A stretch of DNA of 64,000 nucleotides, taken from positions 41,230,001 through 41,294,000 of the forward strand of contig NC_073394.1 of the NCBI RefSeq assembly GCF_028641065.1, written 5' to 3'. Below the pieces are notes generated by a model. That model saw only the letters and a list, made by a program, of their open reading frames with translations, was not told the DNA's origin and made no database searches. The stretch comes from Leucoraja erinacea. Its lineage: Eukaryota. Each line of letters begins with the position of its first letter. Position 1 is the first letter of the stretch. Below are positions 36,301-46,358 of the stretch, piece after piece. The translations under genes were made by a program, and so were the position numbers.

Positions 36301-36350
36301 CCTGATGCTGAAATAAATGAGACCACACTGCAAAGAGTCAGAATGTTCAT
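281..36350 (-). CDS. NCR3LG1: B7-H6 / natural cytotoxicity triggering receptor 3 ligand 1-like gene, spliced: 36350-36302, 26609-26277, 14710-14399, 12127-12026, 6962-6873, 6371-6282, 370-281; 3' end lies outside the window
   Basis: All seven exons have canonical AG/GT boundaries and phase-1 junctions and join into one open frame: signal peptide-IgV-IgC1-TM-acidic repeat tail. Motifs [28 protein letters not shown] and [15 protein letters not shown] resemble human B7-H6 as recalled ([43 protein letters not shown]). Orthology versus paralogy not established. Confidence 0.82.
1670..1769. other. Assembly gap (100 N)
   Basis: Run of N. Confidence 1.
1947..2430 (+). mobile_element. Probable L1/Tx1-like 3' UTR fragment inserted in the Gypsy integrase
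   Basis: T-rich segment ending AATAAA plus an A-rich tail; interrupts the integrase frame (..PTTSNL / LLKPRG..). Confidence 0.5.
6282..6371 (-). CDS. NCR3LG1: NCR3LG1-like cytoplasmic 90-bp repeat exon C ([31 protein letters not shown])
   Basis: tttaatacag|CG ... GAAG|GTAATG; phase 1-1; open. Confidence 0.72.
6470..6760 (-). mobile_element. Non-autonomous Helitron (~290 bp)
   Basis: Minus strand A|TCTATC...ATTAAAA start; terminal hairpin GCAGACCC-AAC-GGGTCTGC (6481-6499) followed 7 nt later by CTAG|T; no TSD. Confidence 0.75.
6873..6962 (-). CDS. NCR3LG1: NCR3LG1-like cytoplasmic 90-bp repeat exon B ([31 protein letters not shown])
   Basis: aaatgcag|TG ... GAAG|GTACGA; phase 1-1; homologous to exons C and D. 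Confidence 0.7.
7284..7535 (+). mobile_element. tRNA-derived SINE
   Basis: A/B-box-like head (ggcacgatggagcagtgg...gggatcgattc) and body gtttgtacattctccccgtgacc shared with other copies in the window. Confidence 0.7.
7972..8430 (+). mobile_element. CR1 LINE 3' fragment
   Basis: [18 protein letters not shown]...[16 protein letters not shown]-terminus; TTTCTATG tail. Confidence 0.9.
8670..11333 (+). mobile_element. Rex1/Babar-type LINE, APE endonuclease plus RT, frameshifted
   Basis: GGGVCF, VVAGDF, TLDHCY (APE); [30 protein letters not shown] (RT); tail gacaaataaagttgacttga. Confidence 0.88.
11354..11417 (-). pseudogene. Truncated repeat exon A (..[22 protein letters not shown]), acceptor half missing
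   Basis: Donor GAAG|GTAATG and the last 64 bp match exons C and D; homology stops at 11417, where a retroelement 3'-tail sequence begins. Confidence 0.7.
12026..12127 (-). CDS. NCR3LG1: NCR3LG1-like transmembrane exon (102 bp): [34 protein letters not shown]
   Basis: Read directly (not in the ORF track): acceptor gttttaacag|AA, donor AAAG|GTAAAC, phase 1-1, ~22 hydrophobic residues followed by a KKKFK stop-transfer. Confidence 0.85.
12225..12365. repeat. Inverted repeat of Penelope terminal sequence (hairpin remnant)
   Basis: caaagtgctg...gggtcaggcagcatctgtgga mirrored by tccacagatgctgcctgaccc...cagcactttg. Confidence 0.7.
12950..13070 (-). other. Candidate alternative transmembrane-like exon ([33 protein letters not shown]...)
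   Basis: Polypyrimidine tract and acceptor cttcttttattcaaag|AC in phase 1 with the IgC1 donor; strongly hydrophobic; no strong phase-1 donor found, so the 3' end is uncertain. Confidence 0.4.
13190..13470 (-). mobile_element. tRNA-derived SINE
   Basis: Reverse complement of the SINE body and head seen at 7284 and 35878. Confidence 0.7.
14399..14710 (-). CDS. NCR3LG1: NCR3LG1-like IgC1-domain exon (312 bp)
   Basis: Acceptor aatgcag|CT, donor CCAG|GTGAGT; [14 protein letters not shown]...[11 protein letters not shown]1-set signature. Confidence 0.92.
15745..16092 (+). mobile_element. Rex1-type LINE 3' fragment
   Basis: [10 protein letters not shown]...[18 protein letters not shown]...RFRDSFFP. 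Confidence 0.75.
16100..16632 (-). mobile_element. CR1 LINE 3' fragment
   Basis: [14 protein letters not shown]...[14 protein letters not shown]; (TATTGTC)n tail. Confidence 0.9.
17187..17655 (+). mobile_element. Rex1-type LINE 3' fragment
   Basis: [10 protein letters not shown]...RFRNSYFP; tail gacaataaactcacttgaac..ttgaac. Confidence 0.78.
18062..18903 (+). mobile_element. Unclassified GC-rich retroelement 3' portion with terminal stem-loop; its tail resumes at 21817-21890
   Basis: Sharp compositional boundaries; ends ttggacc-tcaagg-ggtccaa-atgac(aattaaa), similar to Rex-like 3' tails. Confidence 0.45.
18900..21815 (+). mobile_element. CR1 LINE, 5'-truncated, ORF2 (RT) nearly intact
   Basis: ORFs 19140-20192, 20765-21400 and 21256-21621 give [34 protein letters not shown]; (TTTCTATG)n tail. 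Confidence 0.95.
20184..20799 (-). mobile_element. Second CR1 subfamily 3' fragment nested antisense in the CR1 above
   Basis: 7-bp duplication CTCAGTA (20177-20183, 20800-20806); (TATGGTTA)n tail. Confidence 0.9.
23095..24230. repeat. ~1.1 kb near-pure C/G low-complexity tract, probably a sequencing or consensus artefact
   Basis: Irregular (CG)n with almost no A/T, embedded in AT-rich L1 ORF2; the right flank is also degraded. Confidence 0.8.
24870..25935 (-). mobile_element. CR1 LINE, APE endonuclease region
   Basis: [34 protein letters not shown]. Confidence 0.85.
26277..26609 (-). CDS. NCR3LG1: NCR3LG1-like IgV-domain exon (333 bp)
   Basis: Acceptor ttttttag|AT, donor TTAG|GTAAGA; [11 protein letters not shown]...VTLKC...VIW...DEGMYTC with canonical V-set Cys/Trp/D-x-G-x-Y-x-C. 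Confidence 0.92.
26705..27125. repeat. Degenerate GGGAACAC/ATGGAC minisatellite (duplication copy 1)
   Basis: Irregular tandem units related to the 21-bp array at 30390-31165. Confidence 0.85.
27640..29877 (+). mobile_element. Ty3/Gypsy LTR retrotransposon 3' half (RT end, RNase H, integrase, PPT, 3' LTR)
   Basis: [57 protein letters not shown]; PPT 29635-29650; LTR starting TGTAGCGG at 29651 with AATAAA at ~29830. Confidence 0.92.
30305..31215. repeat. Minisatellite, 21-bp unit GGGAACATGGACTGGGATCAC (homogeneous core ~30390-31165)
   Basis: Over 30 near-identical tandem units are visible. Confidence 0.97.
32119..33388 (-). mobile_element. CR1 LINE (RT), 5'-truncated
   Basis: ORF 32641-33468 [24 protein letters not shown]; TATGGTTA tail. 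Confidence 0.93.
34370..34840 (+). mobile_element. Penelope-like element 3' fragment with terminal repeat
   Basis: End of the GIY-YIG ORF (DLSVLG.LHCQSE...LIFRLGSL) and the same 3' terminus as the element at 51846-53251. Confidence 0.8.
34737..34772 (+). ncRNA. Minimal type I hammerhead ribozyme motif (Penelope-associated)
   Basis: CUGAAGA - stem II AGGG/CCCU - GAAA - CGUC; predicted cleavage after GUC at 34768. Confidence 0.65.
35160..35570 (-). mobile_element. CR1-like LINE 3' fragment
   Basis: ORF 35265-35549 [15 protein letters not shown]. Confidence 0.8.
35876..36182 (+). mobile_element. tRNA-derived SINE
   Basis: tggtggcgcaacggtagagttgctgccttacagcgc head and shared body; ctaaacta tail. 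Confidence 0.75.
36302..36350 (-). CDS. NCR3LG1: NCR3LG1-like exon 1: signal peptide [16 protein letters not shown]
   Basis: ATG at 36350, hydrophobic 16-mer, phase-1 donor TCAG|GTGAAG matching the phase-1 IgV acceptor; non-repetitive island. Confidence 0.75.
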
Positions 36351-36414
36351 CCTTGCTTCACCCCTTTACACCATTTTATATCCATGAACGGTTTGGTTAT
36401 TGTAAGAAACACTG

Positions 36415-36470
36415 TTTTACTTCCTAGGCCAGATCAACCTTTGTACAATTCAATACTAAGTGAAAGTAAC
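36415..36470 (-). promoter_or_regulatory. Candidate proximal promoter motifs of the NCR3LG1-like gene (ETS and IRF/PRDM1-type sites)
   Basis: AGGAAGT on minus at 36419-36425 and AAGTGAAAGT at 36458-36467, 70-120 bp upstream of the ATG in non-repeat DNA. Confidence 0.3.
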
Positions 36471-36527
36471 TGAATGATTTGCTAGATGAAGAATATAAAG
36501 AACATGTGATAAGGAAAGTAAAGCTAT

Positions 36528-37456
36528 AAACATATAACAATTACAGCACGGAAACAGGCCATCTCGGCCCTTCTAGTCCGTGCCGAACACTTATTCTCAC
36601 CTAGTCCCATCTACCTGCACTCAGACCATAACCCTCCAATCCTTTTCCGTCCATATACCTATCCAATTTATTTTTAAATGATAAAATCGAACCTGCCTCC
36701 ACCACTTCCACTGGAAGCTCATTCCACACAGCCACCACTCTCTGAGTAAAGAAGTTCCCCCTCATGTTACCCCTAAACTTCTGTCCCTTAATTCTCAAAT
36801 CATGTCCTCTTGTTTGAATCTTCCCTACTCTCAGTGGGAAAAGCTTATCCACGTCAACTCTGTCTATCCCTCTCATCATTTTAAAGACTTCTATCAAGTC
36901 CCCCCTTAACCTTCTGTGCTCCAAAGAATAAAGACCTAACTTGTTCAACCTTTCTCTGTAACTTAGTTGCTGAAACCCAGGCAATATTCTAGTAAATCTC
37001 CTCTCTACTCTCTCTATTTTGTTGACATCTTTCCTATAATTTGGTGACCAAAATTGTACACCATACTCCAGAATTGGCCTCACTAATGCCTTGTACAATT
37101 TTAACATTACATTCCAACTTCTATACTCAATGCTCTGATTTATAAAGGCCAGCACACCAAAAGATTTCTTTACCACCCTATCTACATGAGATTCCACCTT
37201 CAGGGAACTATGCAGTTATTCCTAGATCCCTCTGTTCAACTGCATTCCTCAATTCGCTACCATTTCCCATGTACGTTCTATTTTGTGTTGTCCTGCTAAG
37301 ATGTAGCACCTCACACATTAGCATTATCAGCATTAAACTCCATCTTTCAGCCCACTCTTCCAAATAGCCTAAATCTCTCTGTAGACTTTAAAATCTACTT
37401 CATTATCCACAACACATATATATATATCCATATCTTAGTATCATCTGCATACTTAC
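36528..37456 (-). mobile_element. CR1 LINE 3' fragment
   Basis: ORF 36601-37197; same subfamily as 32119-33388. Confidence 0.9.
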
Positions 37457-39552
37457 TAATCCGATTTACCATATCATCATAGAAACATAGAAAATAGGTG
37501 CAGGAGTAGGCCATTCGGCCCTTTGAGCCTGCACCGCCATTCAATATGATCATGGCTGATCATCCATCCTGTACCTGCCTTCTCTCCATACCCCCTGATC
37601 CCTTTAGCCACAAGGGCCAAATCTAACTCCCTCTTAAATATAGCCAATGAACTGGCCTCAACTACATTCTGTGGCAGAGAATTCCAAAGATACACCACTC
37701 TGTGTGAAAAATGTTTTTCTCATCTCGGTCCTAAAAGATTTCCCCTTTATCCTTAAACTGTGATCCCTTGTTCTGGACTTCCCCAACATCGGGAACAATC
37801 TTCCTGCATCTAGCCTGTCCAACCCCTTAAGAATTTTGTAAGTTTCTATAAGATCCCCCCTCAATCTTCTAAATTCTAACGAGTACATGCCGAGTCTATC
37901 CAGTCTTTCTTCATATGAAAGTCCTGACATCCTAGGAATCAGTCTGGTGAACCTTCTCTGTACTCCCTCTATGGCAAGAATGTCCTTCCTCAGATTAGGA
38001 GACCAAAACTGTACGCAATACTCCAGTTGTGGTCTCACCAAGACCCTGTACAACTGCAGTAGAACCTCCCTATCCTTCAAATCCTTTTGCTATGAATGCT
38101 AATAGTTAGATTAAACGAGAACTTACCAGTTTGAAGTTTGATCTATATTTTATGAGGAGTTACGATGAGCGATTACGTGAAGAACCCCGCCAGTCCGCAT
38201 GCGCGTCAATCTTCAAAGCAGCGGTGTGAAATCACAGGTAACAGTAATTGAAGTAACATAGGAAGATTAGAAACTTAGAAACTACCGGATGACCTTTGTG
38301 ATATGAGGGTTTGGAGCGGTGGGCATGTAATCGCTCATGTAACTCCTCATAAAATGAAGATCAAACTTCAAACTGGTAAGTTCTCGTTTAATCTTACTAT
38401 TTTACTTCGGACTCATGTGAGTGATTCCGTGAAGACTTCAAAGCTCTGTGATTTCATGGCGTGTATACGAGTACATGTGACACACTGCCTTGGTTTGCAC
38501 AGGATGAGTAATAACAATTAAAGCATTCCAACATAATACAGACTTAACCAGGTTGATGCTTTATTTAACAAAAAAAGGAAAATAATAGCAACCCCTCTGT
38601 CCCAGGGGAAAGCTATAAAACAGAATTTAGAATCGAGTGCCCAAATACCCCGGTGTGGCAAGAGGTTTGTGATAGAACCTCTCAAACGTCAATTCATTGG
38701 ACCATCCTGCGGCCGCGAGGATTTGGTCGAGAGGGACGTCCTGTGCCCCCGCTGCTGACGTTCAAGCCACCTTGGTGGAGTGAGATTTAAACACATCAGT
38801 GTCCACTCCAGCACAAACCGGAACCTGTTTTAACCACCTTGAGATGGTCAGTACTGACACCTTGTTTTGAGGCTTTTTATAACTGACGAATATTGCCAAT
38901 TCAGAGCCTCTGAGGTTCTTGGTGACCTTGAAGTGCGTGACTACACTGAGGCGAAGGTCTATGGGGTATGCCATAAAATTAAGTTTAAGCCCTGACGTCC
39001 TTGGCCTGTTCTGCTTAAGTAAATCATAAACATAAAAGGTTACGTTGTTTACAGATTAAACCATCCTGTCCAGTCGAAGCTTCTGGCTCATGACAAAACC
39101 AGCGCCATGAGCATAACCACTTTGAGAGTTAGTCTGGCCAACGACAGAGATGTTGCTGGAGCCCGAGGTAGGATGACAAGGCACTATTGATGGCACTGAA
39201 GCTTAGTCCCTCATCAAAATATAATGTGGAAAGAAATTCCAACACATCAGGTACCCTTGCCGTGTGATACGAAACATTGGACTGCAAGCAGAACTTATCC
39301 AATTTCTTGATATGAGAAATATATTATTTTTTAGTGCTATCCCTCCAGGCCGCAGTAATCACATCTACCGTACGCCCTGATAGTCCAAGCCACAGGCACG
39401 GTCTCATCAGAATCTGCAAACCAACAGATTAATACGCTCATGTAGTGGATGATTTTCCCCAGTTATAGGATGAAACAGCAGGCTTCTGCTTTTGGGGATA
39501 GCCATAAAAGGCTGTGGTTTTAATCTTAGAATTAGTGAGAACCATGGTTTTT

Positions 39553-42388
39553 GTAATAATAATAATAATCAATTTTATTTATGGGCGCCTTTCAAGAGTC
39601 TCAAGGACACCTTCCAAAAATTTAGCAGGTAGAGGAAAAACATGTAAGGGGAATTAAATAAATAGTAGAGACATGACTAGTACACAAAGTAAAGACAGAA
39701 TTCAATTCAAACACAATATGAGGCAATTAATGCACAGATGAAAAGGGAGGGGGACGTGGGGCTAAGGATAGGCAGAGGTGAAGATATGGGTCTTGAGGCG
39801 GGACTGGAAGATGGTGAGGGACACGGAATTGCGGATCAGATGGGGGAGGGAGTTCCAGAGCCTGGGAGCTGCCCTGTAGAAGGCTCTGTCCCCAAAACTG
39901 CGGAGGTTGGACGTGGATGGAGTGGAGACCGGCTGATGTGGATCTGAGGGACCGTGAGGGTTGGTAGGGGGAGAGGAGGTCAGTGAGATATGGGGGGGGG
40001 GCAGATGGTGGAGGGCTTTGTAGGTGAGGATCAGGATTTTGTAGGTGATCTGGTGGGAGATGGGAAGCCAGTGAAGTTGTTTGAGGACTGGAGTGATGTG
40101 ATGCCAGGATTTGGTGTGGGTGATGAGTCGGGCGACTGCGTTCTGGACCAGTTGGAGTCGGTTGATGTAGGTGGAGCTGATGCCAAGGAGAAGTGAGTTG
40201 CAATAGTCCAGTTGGGAGGAGATGAAGGCATGGATGAGTCTTTGAGCAGCGGGAGGTGTGAGAGAGGGTCTGAGTTTGGCGATGTTGCGGAGATGAAAGA
40301 AGGAGGTTTTAATGATATGGCGGATGTGAGGCTCAAGGGAGAGGGTGGAATCAAAGATCACGCCAAGGTTGCGGGCCTGGGGAGATGGGGAGACAGTGGT
40401 GCCGTCGATGGTGAGAGTGGGGTTGTTGATTTTGCTGAGTGTGGCTTTGGAACCTATGAGGAGGAATTCTGTCTTATCGCTGTTGAGGAAGTTATGTTGC
40501 ATCCAGGTTTTTATAGCTGACAAGAGGGGGGGGTTGTGTGGGGATTTGGTGCCGAGGTAGCTCTGGGTGTCATCGGCGTAACAGTGGAAGTCCAGGTTGA
40601 AGTGGCGGAGTATCTGACCAAGGGGGAGGATGTAGATGATGAAGAGGAGGGGGCCGAGTACGGAGCCTTGGGGAACGCCTTGAGTGACTGTGGCTGTAGC
40701 AGATGTGTGGTTATAGAGAGAGATGAAGTGGGATCTGTTGGAAAGGTAGGAACGGAGCCAGCTGAGTGCAGAGCCTTCAATGCCGAGGTCTTTGAGTCTG
40801 GTGAGCAGGATGTTATGGTTCACTGTATCGAAGGCTGCGCTCAGGTCGAGGAGGCTGAGGATGTTGAGGGAACCAGTCAGCAGAGGTGAGGAGGTTGTTG
40901 AGGACTTTGAGGAGAGCAGTTTCTGTGCTATGGAGGGGGTGAAAGCCAGATTGGAGGGGTTCAAGTAGGTTATACGCAAGGAGGTGGGAATGAAGTTGTG
41001 ACGCAACGATACGCTCCAGGGTTTTTGAAAGAAAGGGGAGGTTTGAGATTGGGCGGTAGTTAATGAGAGAGGAGGGATCAAGACCAGGTGTCTTTAAGAT
41101 TGGTGTGACAGCAGCAGTTTTGAAAGCAGAGGGAACAATTCCTTGGGACAATGAGGAGTTGAAGAGATTAGTGAGGTTGGGGTAGAGAACGGGGAGGCAG
41201 GACTTCAGCAGGGTAATGGGGAGAGGGTCGAGGGAGCAGGTAGTTGGTTTGGAAGAGCTGATGAGTTTGGAGATTTCAGTAGGGGTGACCAGGTCAAACT
41301 GGGAGAGGAAGCAGTGTGGAGGAGGGGTAAGGGGGTCAGTGGAGATGTTGAAAGGAGGGGCCTTGGTAGGTGGTGGAGTAGATGCTGGTGAGTCGGGTAC
41401 AGGGGATAAAGATTGATAGATGGTGCTGATTTTATCAGCGAAAAAGTGGAGGAATGAGTTGAAGAGATCCGGAGTAGAGTTAGGGAGAGTGTTGGCTCGA
41501 GGCTTGAGGAGGTTGCCCACTGTGGAGAAGAGGGTTCTGTGGTTTAGGCAGGGATCGGTGAATATGGAGGAGAGGTAGGCAGATTTTGCAGCAATGAGGG
41601 CATCTTTGTAGTCAGTGAGGTGGAGTTTGTAAGCTTCAAGGTGGACTGTGAGAGATGATTTCTTTGTGAGTCGTTCAAGTCAGCGACCAGTCTTTCAGTA
41701 TACGAAGTGCAGTTGTGTACCAGGGTGAAGATGTGTTGAAAGTTACGGTTCTTGTTTTGAGGGGGGCCATAGTGTTAAGGGAGGTAGACAAGGTGGAGTT
41801 GAGATGGTTTGTGAGATCATCAGGTGAGATATGGGTTGAGTCCAGGGGAGAGTGGTGGAGAGCAGGTCAGAGAGATGGTGGGGATCAATGGATTTTAGAT
41901 TACGGAAGGTGATTTCTCGGAGGAAGCGGGGGTGAGGTGTCGGAGAAGGGATGGTGAACCGTATAAGCTTATGATCAGAGAGGGGGAAGAGTTATGGATG
42001 GAGGTCAAGTACCGGTTGATTTTTGGAGCAGACCAGGTCAAGGATGTGACCTTTGTCATCGGTGGGAAAGGTGACGTGCTGAGTGAGAGAGAAGTTGTCA
42101 AGTAAAAAGGCAAATTCAGATGCGAGCTTGCAGGTGGGGGAGTCCATGTGAATATTTAGCAGCAGACGTGGGGAGAGGGATGAGGCAAGTGTGAGGAGTT
42201 CAGTGAAGTCAGATAGGAAGGAGGGGTTTGGTTTAGGTGGCCGGTAAATGAGGATGACTGTCATGGAGGAAAGGGCTTTGAAGGCGAGGAATTCAAACGA
42301 TGCTACTGGGGGGAAGGTGAGTTCAGTGATCCGAAAATTCTGGTTGAAAATAACAGCGAGGCCACCTCCATGGCGGGAGGGGCGGGGT
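39553..42388 (-). mobile_element. L2-clade LINE nested in DIRS #1
   Basis: IYRPPK (APE); [48 protein letters not shown]; (ATT)n tail at 39554-39569. Confidence 0.9.
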
Positions 42389-44026
42389 CTGGAGTATGGT
42401 GTGCAATTTTGGTCACCTAATTATAGGAAGGATGTCAACAAAATAGAGAGAGTACAGAGGAGATTTACCAGAATGTTGCCTGGGTTTCAGCAACTAAGTT
42501 ACAGAGAAAGGTTGAACAAGTTAGGGCTTTATTCTTTGGAGCGCAGAAGGTTAAGTCAAGTCAAGTCAAGTCAAGTCAAGTTTCAAGTCAAGTCAAGTCA
42601 AGTCAAGTTTATTTGTCGCATACACATACGAGATGTGCAGTGAAATGAAAGTGGCAATGCTCGCGGAACAAAACAACCAAACAAATTATAAACACATAAC
42701 ACACATATTATTTTACATAATAAATAATAGAAGGAAAAACGTTCTGTACAGTTAGTCCCTGGTGAGAAAGGCGTTTACAGTCCGAATTGCCTCTGGGAAG
42801 AAACTCCTTCTCAACCTCTCCGTTCTCACTGCATGGCAACGGAGGCGTTTGCCTGACCGTAGTGGTTGGAACAGTCCGTTGCAGGGGTGGAAGAGGTCTC
42901 TCATGATTTTTTTTGCTCTGGAGTTGCACCTCCTGTTGTATAGTTCCTGCAGGGGGGTGAGTGAAGTTCCCATAGTGCGTTCGGCTGAACGCACTACTCT
43001 CTGCAGAGCCTTCTTGTCCTTGGCAGAGCAATTCCCGAACCAGATGGTAATGTTCCCGGACAAGATGCTTTCCACCGCCGCTGCACTGGAGGATCCTCGG
43101 AGACACTCTGAATTTCCTCAATTGCCTGAGGTGGTAAAGGCACTGCCTTGCCTTACTCACCAGTGCTGAGGCGTGTGATGACCATGTCATATCCTCAGAG
43201 ATGTGGACTCCCAGATATTTAAAACAGTTCACCCTATCCACAGGATCCCCATTTATACTCAATGGAGTGTACGTCCTCGGATGATGTGCCCTCCTAAAGT
43301 CCATGATCAGCTCCTTCGTTTTTTTGATGTTCAAGAGGAGGCTGTTCTCCTGGCACCAGAGTGCTAGATCAGCCACCTCCTCCCGGTAGGCCCTCTCATC
43401 ATTGTCTGAGATCAGGCCCACCACCACAGTGTCATCAGCAAACTTAATTATTGAATTGGAGCTGAACCTAGCCACACAGTCATGTGTGTACAGGGAGTAC
43501 AATAGGGGGCTGAGGACGCAACCCTGGGGCGATCCTGTGCTCAGGGTGAGGGACTTCGATGTATTCCCTCCCATCTTGACTACCTGGGGCCTGGCGGTGA
43601 GAAAGTCCAGGACCCAGGCACACAGGGAGGTGTTGAGCCCCAAGGGGGCTTGATAGAGGTTTTTAAAATGATGAGAGGGATAGACAGAGTTGACGTGGAA
43701 AAGCTTTTCCCACTAAGAGTAGGGAAGATTCAAACAAGGGGACATGACTTGAGAATTAAGGGACTGAAGTTTAGGGGTAACATGAGGGGGAACTTCTTTA
43801 CTCAGAGAGTGGTAGCTGTGTGGAATGAGCTTCCAGTGAAGGCGGTGGAGGCAATTCCGTGCTGTAATTGTTATATGGTTATATGGTTATATGGACGGGA
43901 AAGGAATGGAGGGTTGTGGTCTGAGCGCAGGTATATGGGACAAGGGGATAATACGTGTTCGGCACGGACTAGAAGGGTCGAGATGGCCTGTTTCCGTGCT
44001 GTAATTGTTATATGGTTATATGGTTA
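42389..44026 (+). mobile_element. CR1 3' fragment split by a Rex1 insertion (42389-42555 and 43643-44026)
   Basis: [16 protein letters not shown] | (G)DLIEVFKMM continuity; TATGGTTA tail. Confidence 0.88.
42554..43642 (-). mobile_element. Rex1-type LINE 3' part with (CTTGA)n tail
   Basis: ORF 42708-43643 GSPQGCVLSP, KFADD; (TCAAG)n at 42554-42607. Confidence 0.9.
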
Positions 44027-46358
44027 AAATGGGGAAAATGCATATAAAAACATTCCACCCCAGTGTAGCGAGAATGCATCCACTGCTACTGCCCCTGGGT
44101 CTGGTTCCCATGAAACATACTTTGGTAACTAGTGATTCAATCTGGATGTAAACAAATCAATGTCTGGTACACCATACCGAGTGACAATCTCTTTGAATAT
44201 TTCACGATTCAACATCCATTCTGTGTTGTCATTGAATTTTTGTGACCTGGTATCCGCCACCATGTTAAATCTACTGGTACGTAGATAGCTGAAATCCAGA
44301 TGTTTCTTGTAATACACCAGTGGCAAATAAGGTTAGACAACGTATCACATGATACCGATTTGATTCCACCCACGTGATTAATGTATGCTACTGCTGTAGT
44401 ATTGGCAATCTGAAGCTGCAAATGCAAATCATGCATATTAGTACAATACGCTTTTAGGCCATAGAGTGCACCCAACAAATCTAAATAGTTAATACCATGT
44501 GATTGAAGAAGTAATGCATATTGCATCTGCCACCACAGCTGGAGATGGTATCAGTAGCTCCCCATCCTAGAGCACTAACATCAGTTTGTAAAACAACTGA
44601 ATGTCTGTCAATCCGCATTTTACCGGTGCAAAGCGAAATATTTGCTATCCACCATAGTAACTCAGCAACGGCTTCAGCTGGTAACTATTAAAATGCCCTG
44701 CATGACTTTTGAGTGCGTGCTCCTTTGCACGTTGCAAATTTTGATAATGCAGAGGTCCAAACTGTGCGGCTGGAAAAGCAGCCACTAATTTGCCAATTGT
44801 ACTAGCAACCTGCCGAATAGAAGATTGTTGCTCATCAACGATCGTGCTGCAGGCTTCGAGTAACTCTAGCCTCTTGCCTGGAGGTAGAGTCACAGATATG
44901 TGAGTTGAATTAATGGTGAACCCCAAATAATCAATGACTCTGGATGGGATCAATTTGGATTTAACAGGATGGATGAGAAACCCCAAACTCTCAAACATGC
45001 GTTTGGTAGCTGAAACAGATAATTCAGCTGATTTCTGAGTTTTGCCTATGATTGGGATATCATTCAAATAGGCCATTACAATATGATTTTGAGCCCGGAG
45101 AAGGCCCAACACTGGTTTTAACAATTTTGTAAATAACCTAGGAGCCGAAGTTAAACTATTAAGGCAATGCAACTGCCACAATTGCCGCATCCAGCTAAAT
45201 TTCAAATATCTCCGATGATTGTGATGAATGGGTTCTGAATAGTATGCATCTTTGAGGTCTATCATGTAGCATCCTTTAGAAACCAGCTGTTTGGCAGTAA
45301 GAAAGGTTTAGATTTTGAAATGTTTATACTGCATATGGAAGTTAAGCCGAATTAGTTCAAGAATGATTTGACACCCACCATCCTTCTTTTGTCTAGGAAA
45401 TATATTAGAGACAAATTGGTGAGATTGATGAAAAGATTTCTCAATTACCCCTTTTTTCGCTAGTGTTTCAATCTCAGTTTGTACATCTAAAGACTCTTGT
45501 TGTGAAAAAGACAATGTCCGGCTAGGTGTATACTGTGTAGGTGGACATAATTTGAAAATGAATTCAATCCGGAAACCTAATATACTGTGCAGGATAAACG
45601 AGTCTGATGTTATACGACACCACTGATTGAAAAACAAACGTAATCTCCCACCAGGTTGTAACTGGCCACCAACCTCCATGGTTGGTGGAAACTTCTGCCC
45701 TCGTGTTCTGGAGCGGAATGTTGGCGTGCGCCAACTGCGCATACTTGGCAAGGGCCGGCTTGGTCTTTGGCCTGAACCCAATTCAACGGACCATTTGTAG
45801 GAGTGCTGCCGCCGGTGAGGATTTTTACTGGTCGGTGGTGTTCTTATGAGGCCAACCGTTTTTGCCTCATCATCCAACTCTCTCACCTGTTTTGACAGGT
45901 CGTCCCCGAACAGCAAATTCGGCGGCTGCACGCTGCTTGCCTTGCATAGTGCTGCAAATTTTGGATTGAGCATCGGCCGGATTGCACTTTTCCTCAGGCA
46001 GTTGATCTCGAACTGCGCATTGCACATGAGGGCAAGCGCATCCTGCTGCACTTCAGTCAGAGCCTCACCATCCACCGACCTGGCAAATGCTGTTATTCCT
46101 GAAGCAAGGAGCTTGAGGATCTCTGAAGCTTTAGTTCTTGGGCTCTGATTCCCGCTGCCATGTGCCCCCAGATTGGGTGGTTCACCGCTGGGACTTTGAG
46201 TGATGCACAATTATCCAGCGTTTGGTACTTTCTGGAGGTTTCCTCCATCGTGAGGTCTTGTAACTGATGAGAGACCATGTAATTTATGGTCCTGGCCAGA
46301 ACCTCATTCAGAGGTTCACCAGTTCCGGCAGGTATGGCGAATTTGGATGCCATGCTTG

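Noticed and set aside
36372-36382. TATAAA box on the minus strand
   Set aside because: Only ~25 nt from the ATG, leaving almost no 5' UTR; not supportable.
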